Positions 46,818 through 54,857 of a stretch of DNA of 64,000 bases are shown one piece after another. How positions within the stretch are numbered: the first letter of the stretch is position 1; each line of letters begins with the position of its first letter. The notes beneath the pieces were generated by a model. It worked only from the letters and a program-made list of their open reading frames with translations. It was not told the DNA's origin and made no database searches. Source of the stretch: a virus (taxonomy: Duplodnaviria > Caudoviricetes); the IMG/VR virus record IMGVR_UViG_3300033066_000804, positions 404 to 64,403 of that record. One strand, given 5' to 3'. Made by a program: the position numbers and the translations under genes.

Positions 46818-47486
46818 CTAAACTTCCTTAACCACTGCCGAAAACATCCCATGCGTTCCCGGTTTTTTGGGTGCGCTGGGACGCCAGTCCCCAATCCCTT
46901 TGTATTTACCGGCATAAGAAAGAATCGACTCAAGCACCGTCTTGGTGATCTGCGGATCCTGGACTGCCAACACCCCGGAGCAGGACCATTGGCGGAACAT
47001 GGGTCGAACCCGGATGTGCTTGGCGGTCCCCACTGCTGCCCGCTTCACCAACAATTCAAACCCCATGGACTCGACCGCTTTTTCATGGGCTGGGAAGCTG
47101 GACTCTTGCATTAGTGCCGTGATGGCAGACATTGGCACCTCTTTACCGGATGCCAGCAGGGGCCAATAGAGATCCTCGGGCAAAATCCCGGATTGGGATT
47201 GGGTCTTGAAGGTCTTACCAGACCGTCCGCCGGGAACCGGCACCATGGCACCGCCCTCGCGCAGTGCGACCATGATCACGTCTGCCGGAATGCAAACGCG
47301 GTCACCATCAGAATATAGGTAGCCAACCCATTTATAGGCAGGGGTTCTGTCGTCCCCATTCACCTTCACCGATTTATTCGCCGGGTCATCGGACCAAGCC
47401 TTCATTCTGTCCGCCCACTTGACGTCATCCGCATGCATTAGCAGCGGACTGACTCCGGTCAACGTGATATTGAAAAACTGCATCAT
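46818..47486 (-). CDS. Stand-alone Cas7/RAMP-like protein (Vipr-like)
   Basis: FNITLTGVSPLLMH first strand, CIPADVIMVALREGG, HIRVRPMFRQW, glycine-rich loop AGKYKGIGDWRP...GTHGMF; flanked by arrays. Confidence 0.8.
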   Translation of the reverse strand: MMQFFNITLTGVSPLLMHADDVKWADRMKAWSDDPANKSVKVNGDDRTPAYKWVGYLYSDGDRVCIPADVIMVALREGGAMVPVPGGRSGKTFKTQSQSGILPEDLYWPLLASGKEVPMSAITALMQESSFPAHEKAVESMGFELLVKRAAVGTAKHIRVRPMFRQWSCSGVLAVQDPQITKTVLESILSYAGKYKGIGDWRPSAPKKPGTHGMFSAVVKEV

Positions 47487-47499
47487 TGTTCTCCGATAA

Positions 47500-47769
47500 A
47501 AACCTTGCCTTGCCTCGCAATGCCGAGCCGATCCGATCCGAGCCTGGCCATCCTGGTGTTTCCACCGCCTAGGGTTCTCAGAGAAACCCCTAAACGCTGA
47601 ATTCAGCCCTTGCCTGGCCTAGCCGCGCCCTGCCCATCCCTGCCGAACCGGACCTTGCTGCCTTGGTGTCTCCACCGCCCATGAGACTCATCGAATCCCA
47701 TGGACGCTGAATTCAGCCCTTACCGTACCTAGCCTGGCCAATCCCTGCCTAGCCTCGCCCAACCACTCC
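47500..47769 (-). ncRNA. Upstream GG(C/T/A)NN pentamer array: three tracts and two structured spacers (vrRNA-like)
   Basis: Tracts at 47720-47769, 47610-47659 and 47505-47549; 60-nt spacers at 47660-47719 and 47550-47609. Confidence 0.85.
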
Positions 47770-47773
47770 AAAA

Positions 47774-47992
47774 TTAAAAAGGAATATCGTCAAAATACTC
47801 ATGCTGCTCACATCCAGAATCAAACCAATCCGCTGGGATTTTCTCGTTATAGAAAGCACAGAAGCTGTCTCCATCCAGATGCCCGCAAGTCGCGCACGAT
47901 GTACTCGACTTGGAATCCAACATAGCAAGCACCTTATGAAGCAGTGGTCGTAACACCGCTTTTTCTTCGCTGGTTAACTCATTCAAATTCAT
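47774..47992 (-). CDS. Small Cys-rich protein
   Basis: CATCGH...C...GCE...DDIPF. Confidence 0.7.
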   Translation of the reverse strand: MNLNELTSEEKAVLRPLLHKVLAMLDSKSSTSCATCGHLDGDSFCAFYNEKIPADWFDSGCEQHEYFDDIPF

Positions 47993-49574
47993 AGCCGACG
48001 ATCTCCGGATATTTCCCATTCTTGATGGTGATGGTGGTAGGACGCTTCACGATGTCGGGAAGAGGCAATTCGAGAGCGTCTTTAACGGTCGGCGGGACCG
48101 GGATTGCCGTGCCGACTCGCCGAATCCACCATTGCGCCGCTTTGGCCCTGGCATAGCCGTCATGGCTTAGACATACCCATTCAGATGCCACTCGCAACAT
48201 CCCATCGTAATAATCCACTCGCAATGAGGGGAGCTTTCCGATGCTCTGGTGGTGCCGGTAAAAGCAGTGAGAGACCTTGCGAGTGACTAGGCTTTTCGTA
48301 TCCGTCGAAAGCACCGGCGCATCGCTTGCCGTAGCGAAATGAGAAGGCGCGTCAGCGAACTCGAACACATGCCCGCAAGCGCAAATCCGAACCGATGTAG
48401 CAACCTTGGCGCCGCATCCTGGACAGACCTTGATAGGCGCCGCTGAACCGTCCTCTTTTGGTTTGGGGATCCAGGCTTTTACTTGGTCCACCGGCCCATG
48501 CCGGGTTGTATTGCCGGCAAAATCCAGCACCAGGCAGTCCGTTTTGCCGGGAGCGATCCGCATCCCGCGCCCCATGATCTGGACGTAAAGGCCGGGGCTT
48601 TGAGTGGGTCGCAAAACCACCAGCAGGTCTGTTGCTGGTACGTCGAATCCGGTCGTAAGCACGTTAGCGTTAACTAAAGCCCTTATACGTCCGTTTCTGT
48701 AGCTGGCAATTAGATTGTCCCGCCTGCCTTTGGGGGTTTTCCCTGTTACGCACCCAGCGGGGATCCCTCGAGCCAGCAATGCCGCTGTTACATGCTCGGC
48801 ATGGTTAACCCCGGCGCAGAAAACAAGCCATTTGCCCCGATCAGCCCCATAAGTCTCGACTTCGTCTAGGGCTGCATGAGTTACGCTGTCCTGGTCAACG
48901 GCGCGTTCTAGCTGCCCCTGGATGAATTCACCATTGCGACTTTTGACTCCCGACACATCCAACTGGGTCGTCGTGCTCTTGGTCACGAGGGGGCAGAGAA
49001 AGCCCTCTGCAATCAATTGGAGCAAGCCGATCTCATAGGCCACGTCGGAGAACAGGGCCATATCTCCGTGAGTCAATGCCCCTGTGGTGGTGCGAAAAGC
49101 CGTGGCAGTCAGGCCAACAATCCGAACGTCCGGGTTGATCTCCCTGGCGGCATCAAAAAAAACTTGGTAGCGGCTACCCGCATCGCTACCGATCAGGTGG
49201 GCCTCATCGACGAAAATCAGGTCGAATCGGCCCAGGTGCAGGGCCTTGGTAAAAACCGACTGAATCCCCGCAAAAATCACCGGGTTGAAGGCATCCTTCC
49301 GGCCAAGTCCCGCCGAATAAATCCCCAGCGGTGCTTGGGACCATACAGATTTAAGCCGGGAGGCGTTTTGCTCAATCAGTTCCTTAACGTGGGTCAGCAT
49401 CAACACCCGCTGGTCCGGCCAGGTAGCGAAGATCTCCTGAATAACAGCAGCCAAAACAACGCTCTTGCCGCTGCCTGTTGGCAACACCAACAAAGGATTC
49501 CCGTCCTTGTTCGCCCTGAACCAGTCGTACAGGGCATCAATGGCGGCTCGCTGGTGCGGATACAGGGTAATCAT
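47979..49574 (-). CDS. SF2 DEAD/DEAH helicase (RadD/YejH-like)
   Basis: PTGSGKS, VDEAH, GLTATAFR, TTGFD and QIMGRGMR motifs; C-terminal CPGC zinc finger. Confidence 0.92.
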   Translation of the reverse strand: MITLYPHQRAAIDALYDWFRANKDGNPLLVLPTGSGKSVVLAAVIQEIFATWPDQRVLMLTHVKELIEQNASRLKSVWSQAPLGIYSAGLGRKDAFNPVIFAGIQSVFTKALHLGRFDLIFVDEAHLIGSDAGSRYQVFFDAAREINPDVRIVGLTATAFRTTTGALTHGDMALFSDVAYEIGLLQLIAEGFLCPLVTKSTTTQLDVSGVKSRNGEFIQGQLERAVDQDSVTHAALDEVETYGADRGKWLVFCAGVNHAEHVTAALLARGIPAGCVTGKTPKGRRDNLIASYRNGRIRALVNANVLTTGFDVPATDLLVVLRPTQSPGLYVQIMGRGMRIAPGKTDCLVLDFAGNTTRHGPVDQVKAWIPKPKEDGSAAPIKVCPGCGAKVATSVRICACGHVFEFADAPSHFATASDAPVLSTDTKSLVTRKVSHCFYRHHQSIGKLPSLRVDYYDGMLRVASEWVCLSHDGYARAKAAQWWIRRVGTAIPVPPTVKDALELPLPDIVKRPTTITIKNGKYPEIVGYEFE

Positions 49575-50650
49575 CCGATTAGCTCCGCCTGAAACCTGGC
49601 TCGAAAAGCTGCTGCTTCCGGGTCACCGATCATGGCAACGTTGGCGGCGATTTCCCGGCTTAGCCATCCTTGGGCGCCGTTGATAATGGAGGTGCCATCC
49701 TTGTCGTATTCGACCCAGGCTTCCGCACCAGTCTGGCCGGAATTAACCGCCTTCCATGGGAGAAGCTCCGGGATGAAAATGTGGTTAGGGCAACCGCTGC
49801 TCTCTCGCTGTACCTGCACGTCCAGGTCACACCCAAAAGCAGCACAACTCCACCGGCCATCCCCGTCCAATTCAGGCGTCGCGTGGGCACAGGTTCGGCA
49901 AGTTACTTGCGGGATAGCCTGCTCATGGCAGATCGCATGGTGGCTGCACCACTTGCACTGATACCAGTCGGGCCTTTCGGACATCTGTTCCGGCGGGGTT
50001 TGCGCCGTAATGATTCGCAACGCCTTGGCTTTCAGAGCCTCAAAAATGTTCTGGTCGAAATTCGTTCTGACGCTGATGGTGTGGCGACCGCCAGGGGTGG
50101 CGCAGGTCAGGTAATGGCGATCTAATTTCGCGTATCCCATGTAAAGCTGAGCCTGGCCGAAATAGACCGCATCCCATTCCTGAAGGGCGGCCTTTTCTCC
50201 GCGATCCTGTTTGAGCTTCAGCAGGCTGGCTTGTTTTTTGGGGTCGGTTTGCTTGTGCTCCCAGACATGCCAGGTTTTGGGCGCTTGGATCAGGCCCAGG
50301 ATCACGCCGTCCATGTGGCCCCGGAAATGGCCGCCATGGTCGACGTGGCCAAACTGCTTGCCTGTTCGATGGTCGATGACATACAGCGTGATGGCCGGTA
50401 GCATCTGGAGCCGCTTGGCCTGTAGGTCCTCGCCTATGTGGCCGTCTTCAAACCGCTTGAGGGCATCCGCAGGCCAGCTTGACCGACTGGCCCAACGAAA
50501 GTCGTACCAAAGCGCCCTGGAACACTCCCGCCCTATCGAGGACATTCCCAAATAAGGGCGGGCTTGCTCTGCGTTCCCCTGGGCCTGGATAGCCGAGTCA
50601 ACGGCCTCCAGGGTAGGGTCAGGGGCGCACATGTTCGGCATTACTGCCAC
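49571..50650 (-). CDS. Cas4-like PD-(D/E)XK exonuclease
   Basis: LGMSSIGRECSR, GHMDG, WEHK, QAQLYMG and CKWCSHHAIC motifs. Confidence 0.85.
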   Translation of the reverse strand: MAVMPNMCAPDPTLEAVDSAIQAQGNAEQARPYLGMSSIGRECSRALWYDFRWASRSSWPADALKRFEDGHIGEDLQAKRLQMLPAITLYVIDHRTGKQFGHVDHGGHFRGHMDGVILGLIQAPKTWHVWEHKQTDPKKQASLLKLKQDRGEKAALQEWDAVYFGQAQLYMGYAKLDRHYLTCATPGGRHTISVRTNFDQNIFEALKAKALRIITAQTPPEQMSERPDWYQCKWCSHHAICHEQAIPQVTCRTCAHATPELDGDGRWSCAAFGCDLDVQVQRESSGCPNHIFIPELLPWKAVNSGQTGAEAWVEYDKDGTSIINGAQGWLSREIAANVAMIGDPEAAAFRARFQAELIG

Positions 50651-50658
50651 TTAAGTAC

Positions 50659-51300
50659 CTACCGCTTCCAGGGAATGCTGGGGCGAGGGGCGGCAGCCTG
50701 GGGCGGAATCCCCACCGTCCCAGTGGCCGCCTGGTGATGGCCTGGTTGCTGCTGCGGGTATCCCATGGGCTGCTGGGGCTGAGCCATGGGAGCCTGCTGC
50801 GGGTAACCCATGGGAGGTTGCTGCTGGGGCTGAGCCATGGGAGCCTGCTGCGGGGGTTGAGCCATGGGAGGCTGGGAGAATGGCTGAGGAGCACCAGCCG
50901 CCTGCTGATTAGCGGGCTTGTATGCTTTGATTTCGTTCTTCGGGCCGTATGCGGGATCGTTTTTCACGACCACTCTGGCTACCACCGGGATGTTGTGCAG
51001 TTGGGAGCTATCGCTAAGCTGCAACACGCCAGTCGCGTGGCAGATCCCGGACAGTTGCCGTTGACCGATCTCCACCGTTTGGGGGTTGTTGTTCTGCAGC
51101 TGGATGTTGTCCCAGACCATGCGCCCCGCGCTGGGGCCGTCCAGGACCTGGAGGGAGATGGCCAGGTAGCTTCCCATGCCGTTCTTGGTGGTCTTTACCT
51201 CGGAGTCGATGGCCATGACCAGGTAGTCACCGGCGGCGAGGGGCGTGAAGCTGTCCTGGGGGGAAACCTGGGACGCATCAAAATAGTTCAGTTGTGCCAT
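50659..51300 (-). CDS. DUF669-family ssDNA-binding protein
   Basis: LAAGDY, KTTKNGMGSYL and KNEIKAY motifs; Q/P-rich tail ending IPWKR. Confidence 0.85.
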   Translation of the reverse strand: MAQLNYFDASQVSPQDSFTPLAAGDYLVMAIDSEVKTTKNGMGSYLAISLQVLDGPSAGRMVWDNIQLQNNNPQTVEIGQRQLSGICHATGVLQLSDSSQLHNIPVVARVVVKNDPAYGPKNEIKAYKPANQQAAGAPQPFSQPPMAQPPQQAPMAQPQQQPPMGYPQQAPMAQPQQPMGYPQQQPGHHQAATGTVGIPPQAAAPRPSIPWKR

Positions 51301-51308
51301 TTTGTTAC

Positions 51309-52097
51309 CTATTGGGTTTTGGTTTGGGCTATAGACATGGCCGCGATAAAGGCGGACCAATCGAGAGGGATGGTTTCTGGCATCCCATAACGATTCTTGG
51401 CGATGTACGCGGGCCGCTCGACCAGGTGGAGCAATCGCTCACCGGTCCCCATGCCTCGCACATTGAGAACTTTGTCTTTTTCCGGGTTTTTGCCCTGGAA
51501 CGCCGTCGGGTCTTTATCCCGCTGGATGAGGACTCGCCAATTGGCGAACCCGATCACATCGGCTCGTTCATAGAGCAGGTGGAATGCTCGTTTGTGGAGC
51601 TTGATGGTATATCGGTCATAAGGCTCGACTTCCGGGCTGTCGAACCGAGTTACCTCGGAATGAGCAATCAGAATTGGAAGAATGCCGCGTTGATCTCGCA
51701 AGGCAATGATCCCTTGCAGCAGGGTGGCCCAATAATCCATGGCCAGGACGTAGCCGCGCCCGTAGCCAAGATCTTCGATTGACGACTTGTTGGCATCCTT
51801 GGCAACTTGAGCCCATATCAAAGGCTCCAATGCGCTCATGGAGTCGATGACCACGGTCTTGTAGCCGTGCTCCTCGCTATAAATCGCGGTCATAGCCTCC
51901 ATGAGGTCCGACCATTGATTGATGATCGGGAAAGAATCCGGCCCCAGGTTGCCCAGGCCGTCCTCAGTCATGAGGAAGATCGGCGCCTCGGAACAAGCCG
52001 CAAAGGTGGTTTTACCGATGCCAGGGCTGCCGTGAAGCACCACGATGGGCGGCTTGATGGACCCGCCCTTGCGGATGGAGGAAAGATTGATGGCCAT
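51309..52097 (-). CDS. AAA_24/Sak4-like ATPase recombinase
   Basis: HGSPGIGKTT, VVIDS, LIAHS and AKNRY motifs. Confidence 0.9.
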   Translation of the reverse strand: MAINLSSIRKGGSIKPPIVVLHGSPGIGKTTFAACSEAPIFLMTEDGLGNLGPDSFPIINQWSDLMEAMTAIYSEEHGYKTVVIDSMSALEPLIWAQVAKDANKSSIEDLGYGRGYVLAMDYWATLLQGIIALRDQRGILPILIAHSEVTRFDSPEVEPYDRYTIKLHKRAFHLLYERADVIGFANWRVLIQRDKDPTAFQGKNPEKDKVLNVRGMGTGERLLHLVERPAYIAKNRYGMPETIPLDWSAFIAAMSIAQTKTQ

Positions 52098-52100
52098 TGA

Positions 52101-52499
52101 CTAGGCTCCCAGCAACTCGACCGATACGGACGCCTTGGCAGGCTTTGTGATCAAAGCCGGGAGGAACCGGCTATAGGCGTCTGGGTTTGCCTTTTCCACC
52201 GCCTTCAATCCGGAAAGGCTCAATTCGGGTCTGTACTTGACGATTTGCCCAAAGACCTTCGGATCCATTTCGGCCTGCACTTTTTGAAGCTCATCCGCAA
52301 GCAACGTGCGGGTGAGCTTGCCGACGGTCGAAACTTTGAAAAACTCAGTCTTGATCGTGGTGGTGCCCTCTTCCTTGAATCCCACCATCTGGAGGATGGT
52401 TTCCTCAGCTTTCAGGCGATTGTTCCGGGCTTGTTCCTCGTTGGCTTTGGCTTCTCGGAGGTTTTGAATGGCCAGGTCTAATTCGGTTGGTTCGTTCAT
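52101..52499 (-). CDS. Hypothetical protein of the recombination module
   Basis: KYRPELSLSG...ITKPAKASVSVE. Confidence 0.7.
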   Translation of the reverse strand: MNEPTELDLAIQNLREAKANEEQARNNRLKAEETILQMVGFKEEGTTTIKTEFFKVSTVGKLTRTLLADELQKVQAEMDPKVFGQIVKYRPELSLSGLKAVEKANPDAYSRFLPALITKPAKASVSVELLGA

Positions 52500-52654
52500 T
52501 TTTTTCCCTCGGTTAATTGCCGATTACCTGCGTTCGGCGGCCCGGTAGTCAGTAGGCACGGGCGGGGTCGGTCTGGGCGGCCATGAAAAGGAGCGCTCGC
52601 CTTCCGACTGCCGGGGTTTTAGGGCACTCGCCGGCTTGCCCCTCGTCGCCCGCG

Positions 52655-52930
52655 CTAAAAACAGTGTTCTCTGATTTCCTCGTACCGATCTGCCGAGGAT
52701 TCCTCGGCAGTTGCGGCCTGGGCTCGCTGGATGCGCCGCTCGGCTAGGCGTTCGACCAGGGCTTCCAAAACGGCGATCTCGGCGCCCCTGGCGACCGACT
52801 CCAACTCGTCCAGGGAGCAGATTGAGCGCACCAGGGAGCACTCGCGCTCCAGTCCTGCGTCGGCTTCTGCCTCTGCGGCTTGCCTGGCCTGAAAGCGGGC
52901 CAGATCGCGGGTAAAGGTGCAAATTCCCAT
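52655..52930 (-). CDS. Hypothetical protein
   Basis: RBS GGGAG; coupled in the PL operon. Confidence 0.55.
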   Translation of the reverse strand: MGICTFTRDLARFQARQAAEAEADAGLERECSLVRSICSLDELESVARGAEIAVLEALVERLAERRIQRAQAATAEESSADRYEEIREHCF

Positions 52931-52934
52931 TGTC

Positions 52935-53408
52935 CTACTCCCAATTTGCGTACAAAGGTTTCTTGGGCGCGGCTGCCGCGATGGCGGCCACCCGCATTTT
53001 GTTGGCCTCGCGGCCGGCCTTAATTCGGTCGGCGGCCTGCTGCTTTTCCACCGCGAAGCGCACCGCCGAACAGCGCCGGGCAGCCTGTTCTTTCTCGAAC
53101 TCCGTTTCGTACATGGTCAGGTCGATTGGGACGATCCTGACCGTCTCGGCGATCCCGACCTGCCATGGGCGCTTTTCTGAAACCTTTTTCTTCGCGGCCC
53201 GGTACGGGATCCGCTTGCCCGTCTCAGTCAGAAGACCCTTGGCCTGCCGATAGGCCAGCAGGGCGGCGGCGCGCTCAACCACGCGCTGCGCCCAATCCTC
53301 AGACGGACGGCCGGCAAATATTGCCCCGCGCACCCGTTTCTGGGCCTCCTCCTTGGACCGGATAAGGGCCTGTTCTTCTGGAGAAAAACGCTCGAAACTG
53401 GTGCTCAT
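52935..53408 (-). CDS. Hypothetical basic protein
   Basis: ATGA-coupled; RBS GAGGCGG. Confidence 0.65.
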   Translation of the reverse strand: MSTSFERFSPEEQALIRSKEEAQKRVRGAIFAGRPSEDWAQRVVERAAALLAYRQAKGLLTETGKRIPYRAAKKKVSEKRPWQVGIAETVRIVPIDLTMYETEFEKEQAARRCSAVRFAVEKQQAADRIKAGREANKMRVAAIAAAAPKKPLYANWE

Positions 53409-53608
53409 TCCGCCTCCCAGGCCGCTTCCATCGCGGCGTTAAAGCGATTGGCCTTGGCCTGGTCCATCAAGACCACCCTGGCGCTGCCGCCGTAGAATTG
53501 GGCCACCAGGGCGCCAGGCTGACCCTGGTCGGCCATCTGCTGGAGAGACTGGAGAAGGGGCGCGAGTTGCGCCTGCTGCTCCGGGGTGAGGGTGAGGGTG
53601 GTGCTCAT
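53405..53608 (-). CDS. Hypothetical protein
   Basis: ATGA-coupled. Confidence 0.6.
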   Translation of the reverse strand: MSTTLTLTPEQQAQLAPLLQSLQQMADQGQPGALVAQFYGGSARVVLMDQAKANRFNAAMEAAWEAE

Positions 53609-53829
53609 GCCCAATAATCCCCGTACTGCATGAGGTCGCGGGCGTACTCCCTGGCGCTGATTAGGGCGCGGGCTGCGGAATAACCGCGAGCCACCAGGGT
53701 CCGGGCGTAGTGCCCGGTGCGGATGGCCAGCTTGAAGCTGAGGCCGATCAACTCGGCCTGGCTTTTTGCGATGCGCCTGACCGCCTCTTGGCGGTCGAGG
53801 TCTCTAATTTGGATGTGCCCGTTTTCCAC
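53605..53829 (-). CDS. First gene of the PL operon, hypothetical
   Basis: GTG start with upstream GAGAGGG. Confidence 0.55.
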   Translation of the reverse strand: MENGHIQIRDLDRQEAVRRIAKSQAELIGLSFKLAIRTGHYARTLVARGYSAARALISAREYARDLMQYGDYWA

Positions 53830-53939
53830 TGCCTACACCCTCTCTGTGACTGGATGCGGGTTACCATCGTCCCGCTGCCGGGGCCTGTGTCGCCAGCCCG
53901 GCGGGTGGCGTTCCTGCGTGTTGGTTGGAACGTGTGAGA

Positions 53940-53980
53940 ATAATAGCGGAGCTATCAAAAGCAATCAATAGCAAAGCTTA
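53940..53980 (-). promoter_or_regulatory. PL promoter with two OL operators
   Basis: TTGATT-N17-TATTAT; ATAGC-GGA-GCTAT (53943-53955) and ATAGC-AAA-GCTTA (53968-53980). Confidence 0.8.
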
Positions 53981-53990
53981 AAATTTTCGC

Positions 53991-54014
53991 AAAAAAAACC
54001 CGCCGAAGCGGGTT
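53991..54014 (-). terminator. Intrinsic terminator where a cI transcript would end
   Basis: AACCCGC-TTCG-GCGGGTT followed by a T tract on the minus strand. Confidence 0.85.
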
Positions 54015-54144
54015 AGATTTAAGTTACTATGGAGGCGATGGGTCTATCCGGAAGCCTCTGCCTGAACAATAATATTCGCTGCCTCTTCAGCCGCGTAAAC
54101 CAGCCGAACACGAATTTCCCGATGGGCCCCAGCCGCTTCCAATG

Positions 54145-54185
54145 ATAGCTTGGCTATTGATCTTCAGTCATAGCTAAGCTATAGT
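54145..54185 (+). promoter_or_regulatory. PR promoter with two OR operators
   Basis: TTGATC-N17-TATAGT; ATAGC-TTG-GCTAT (54145-54157) and ATAGC-TAA-GCTAT (54170-54182). Confidence 0.85.
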
Positions 54186-54192
54186 GTATCGC

Positions 54193-54450
54193 ATGAATAC
54201 TTATCCTAAAGTGCCCGCCGTTCAGCGGGCTTGCACCCTCGTTGACGGCGCGGGGAACCTCGCCGCCCTGGTGGGGGTAACCCAACCGGCTGTGTACCAG
54301 TGGTTGCACGGCCTCCGTCGCGTTCCAGCCGCACGGTGCCCAGCCGTAGAACGAGCCACGAAGGGCGCCGTTCGGTGCGAGGAACTTCGGCCAGACGTGG
54401 ATTGGGCGATTCTTCGAGTGCCTGTCCCAGCAGAGGATCAGGCGGCGTGA
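54193..54450 (+). CDS. cro: Cro/YdaS-family HTH regulator, probably leaderless
   Basis: GNLAALVGVTQPAVYQW...VPAARCPAVERAT.GAVRCEELRPDVDW; ATG 7 nt after the -10 box. Confidence 0.88.
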   Translation: MNTYPKVPAVQRACTLVDGAGNLAALVGVTQPAVYQWLHGLRRVPAARCPAVERATKGAVRCEELRPDVDWAILRVPVPAEDQAA

Positions 54451-54480
54451 AACGGTTTCTCATGATCAGTCCTCCTGTTG

Positions 54481-54509
54481 GCCCTGGGTCATCCCCAGGG
54501 CATTTTTTT
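54481..54509 (+). terminator. tR1-like terminator
   Basis: GCCCTGGG-TCATC-CCCAGGGC-A-T7. Confidence 0.8.
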
Positions 54510-54659
54510 GGGGGGGTGCAGATGACGTGACGCGACCATTCGTGATTAGCGCCAAGGTTTCCGGTCAGGTGGCGCATTTGAGCAGTATCGCCTGGTTTTT
54601 GGAGACGCGCCCAGTTTACCGGGTAAACAAAAAGATCGAGAAGCACAGGAGTCCGACTG

Positions 54660-54851
54660 ATGAAATACAGAGCCCGCATGATTGCCGACGGAAAAATCCT
54701 AAAACAGGCATTAGTGGATTTCCCAAACCCAAAAGCCGCTGAAAACGAAATTTATGCCGGGGTCCTGGAGCCCGGTTGCCCGGCAGATCCCCTGCTGCAA
54801 TCCCTGAGCGGCAAGCCGATCAGATGGGTGGAATTGGAGTTGGTCAGGTGA
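54660..54851 (+). CDS. Hypothetical protein
   Basis: RBS AGGAG. Confidence 0.55.
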   Translation: MKYRARMIADGKILKQALVDFPNPKAAENEIYAGVLEPGCPADPLLQSLSGKPIRWVELELVR

Positions 54852-54857
54852 TGCGCC

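Noticed and set aside
46494-46821. ORFs 46494-46712, 46595-46810 and 46636-46821 over the array
   Set aside because: Low-complexity Pro/Arg or Gly/Arg translations of the pentamer repeat; no RBS or protein-like composition.
46496-47769. Arrays as a CRISPR array
   Set aside because: The variable parts are themselves periodic pentamers, the constant parts are 60-68 nt multi-hairpins, and no cas1, cas2 or cas6 is present.
49571-50650. Cas4 as a CRISPR adaptation gene
   Set aside because: It sits in the standard Sak4/SSB/helicase recombination module and there is no cas1.
50750-50880. Tandem DNA repeats
   Set aside because: Encode the Q/P-rich linker of the SSB.
54044-54142. Short leftward frame as the repressor
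   Set aside because: 32 codons with no HTH; at most a remnant.
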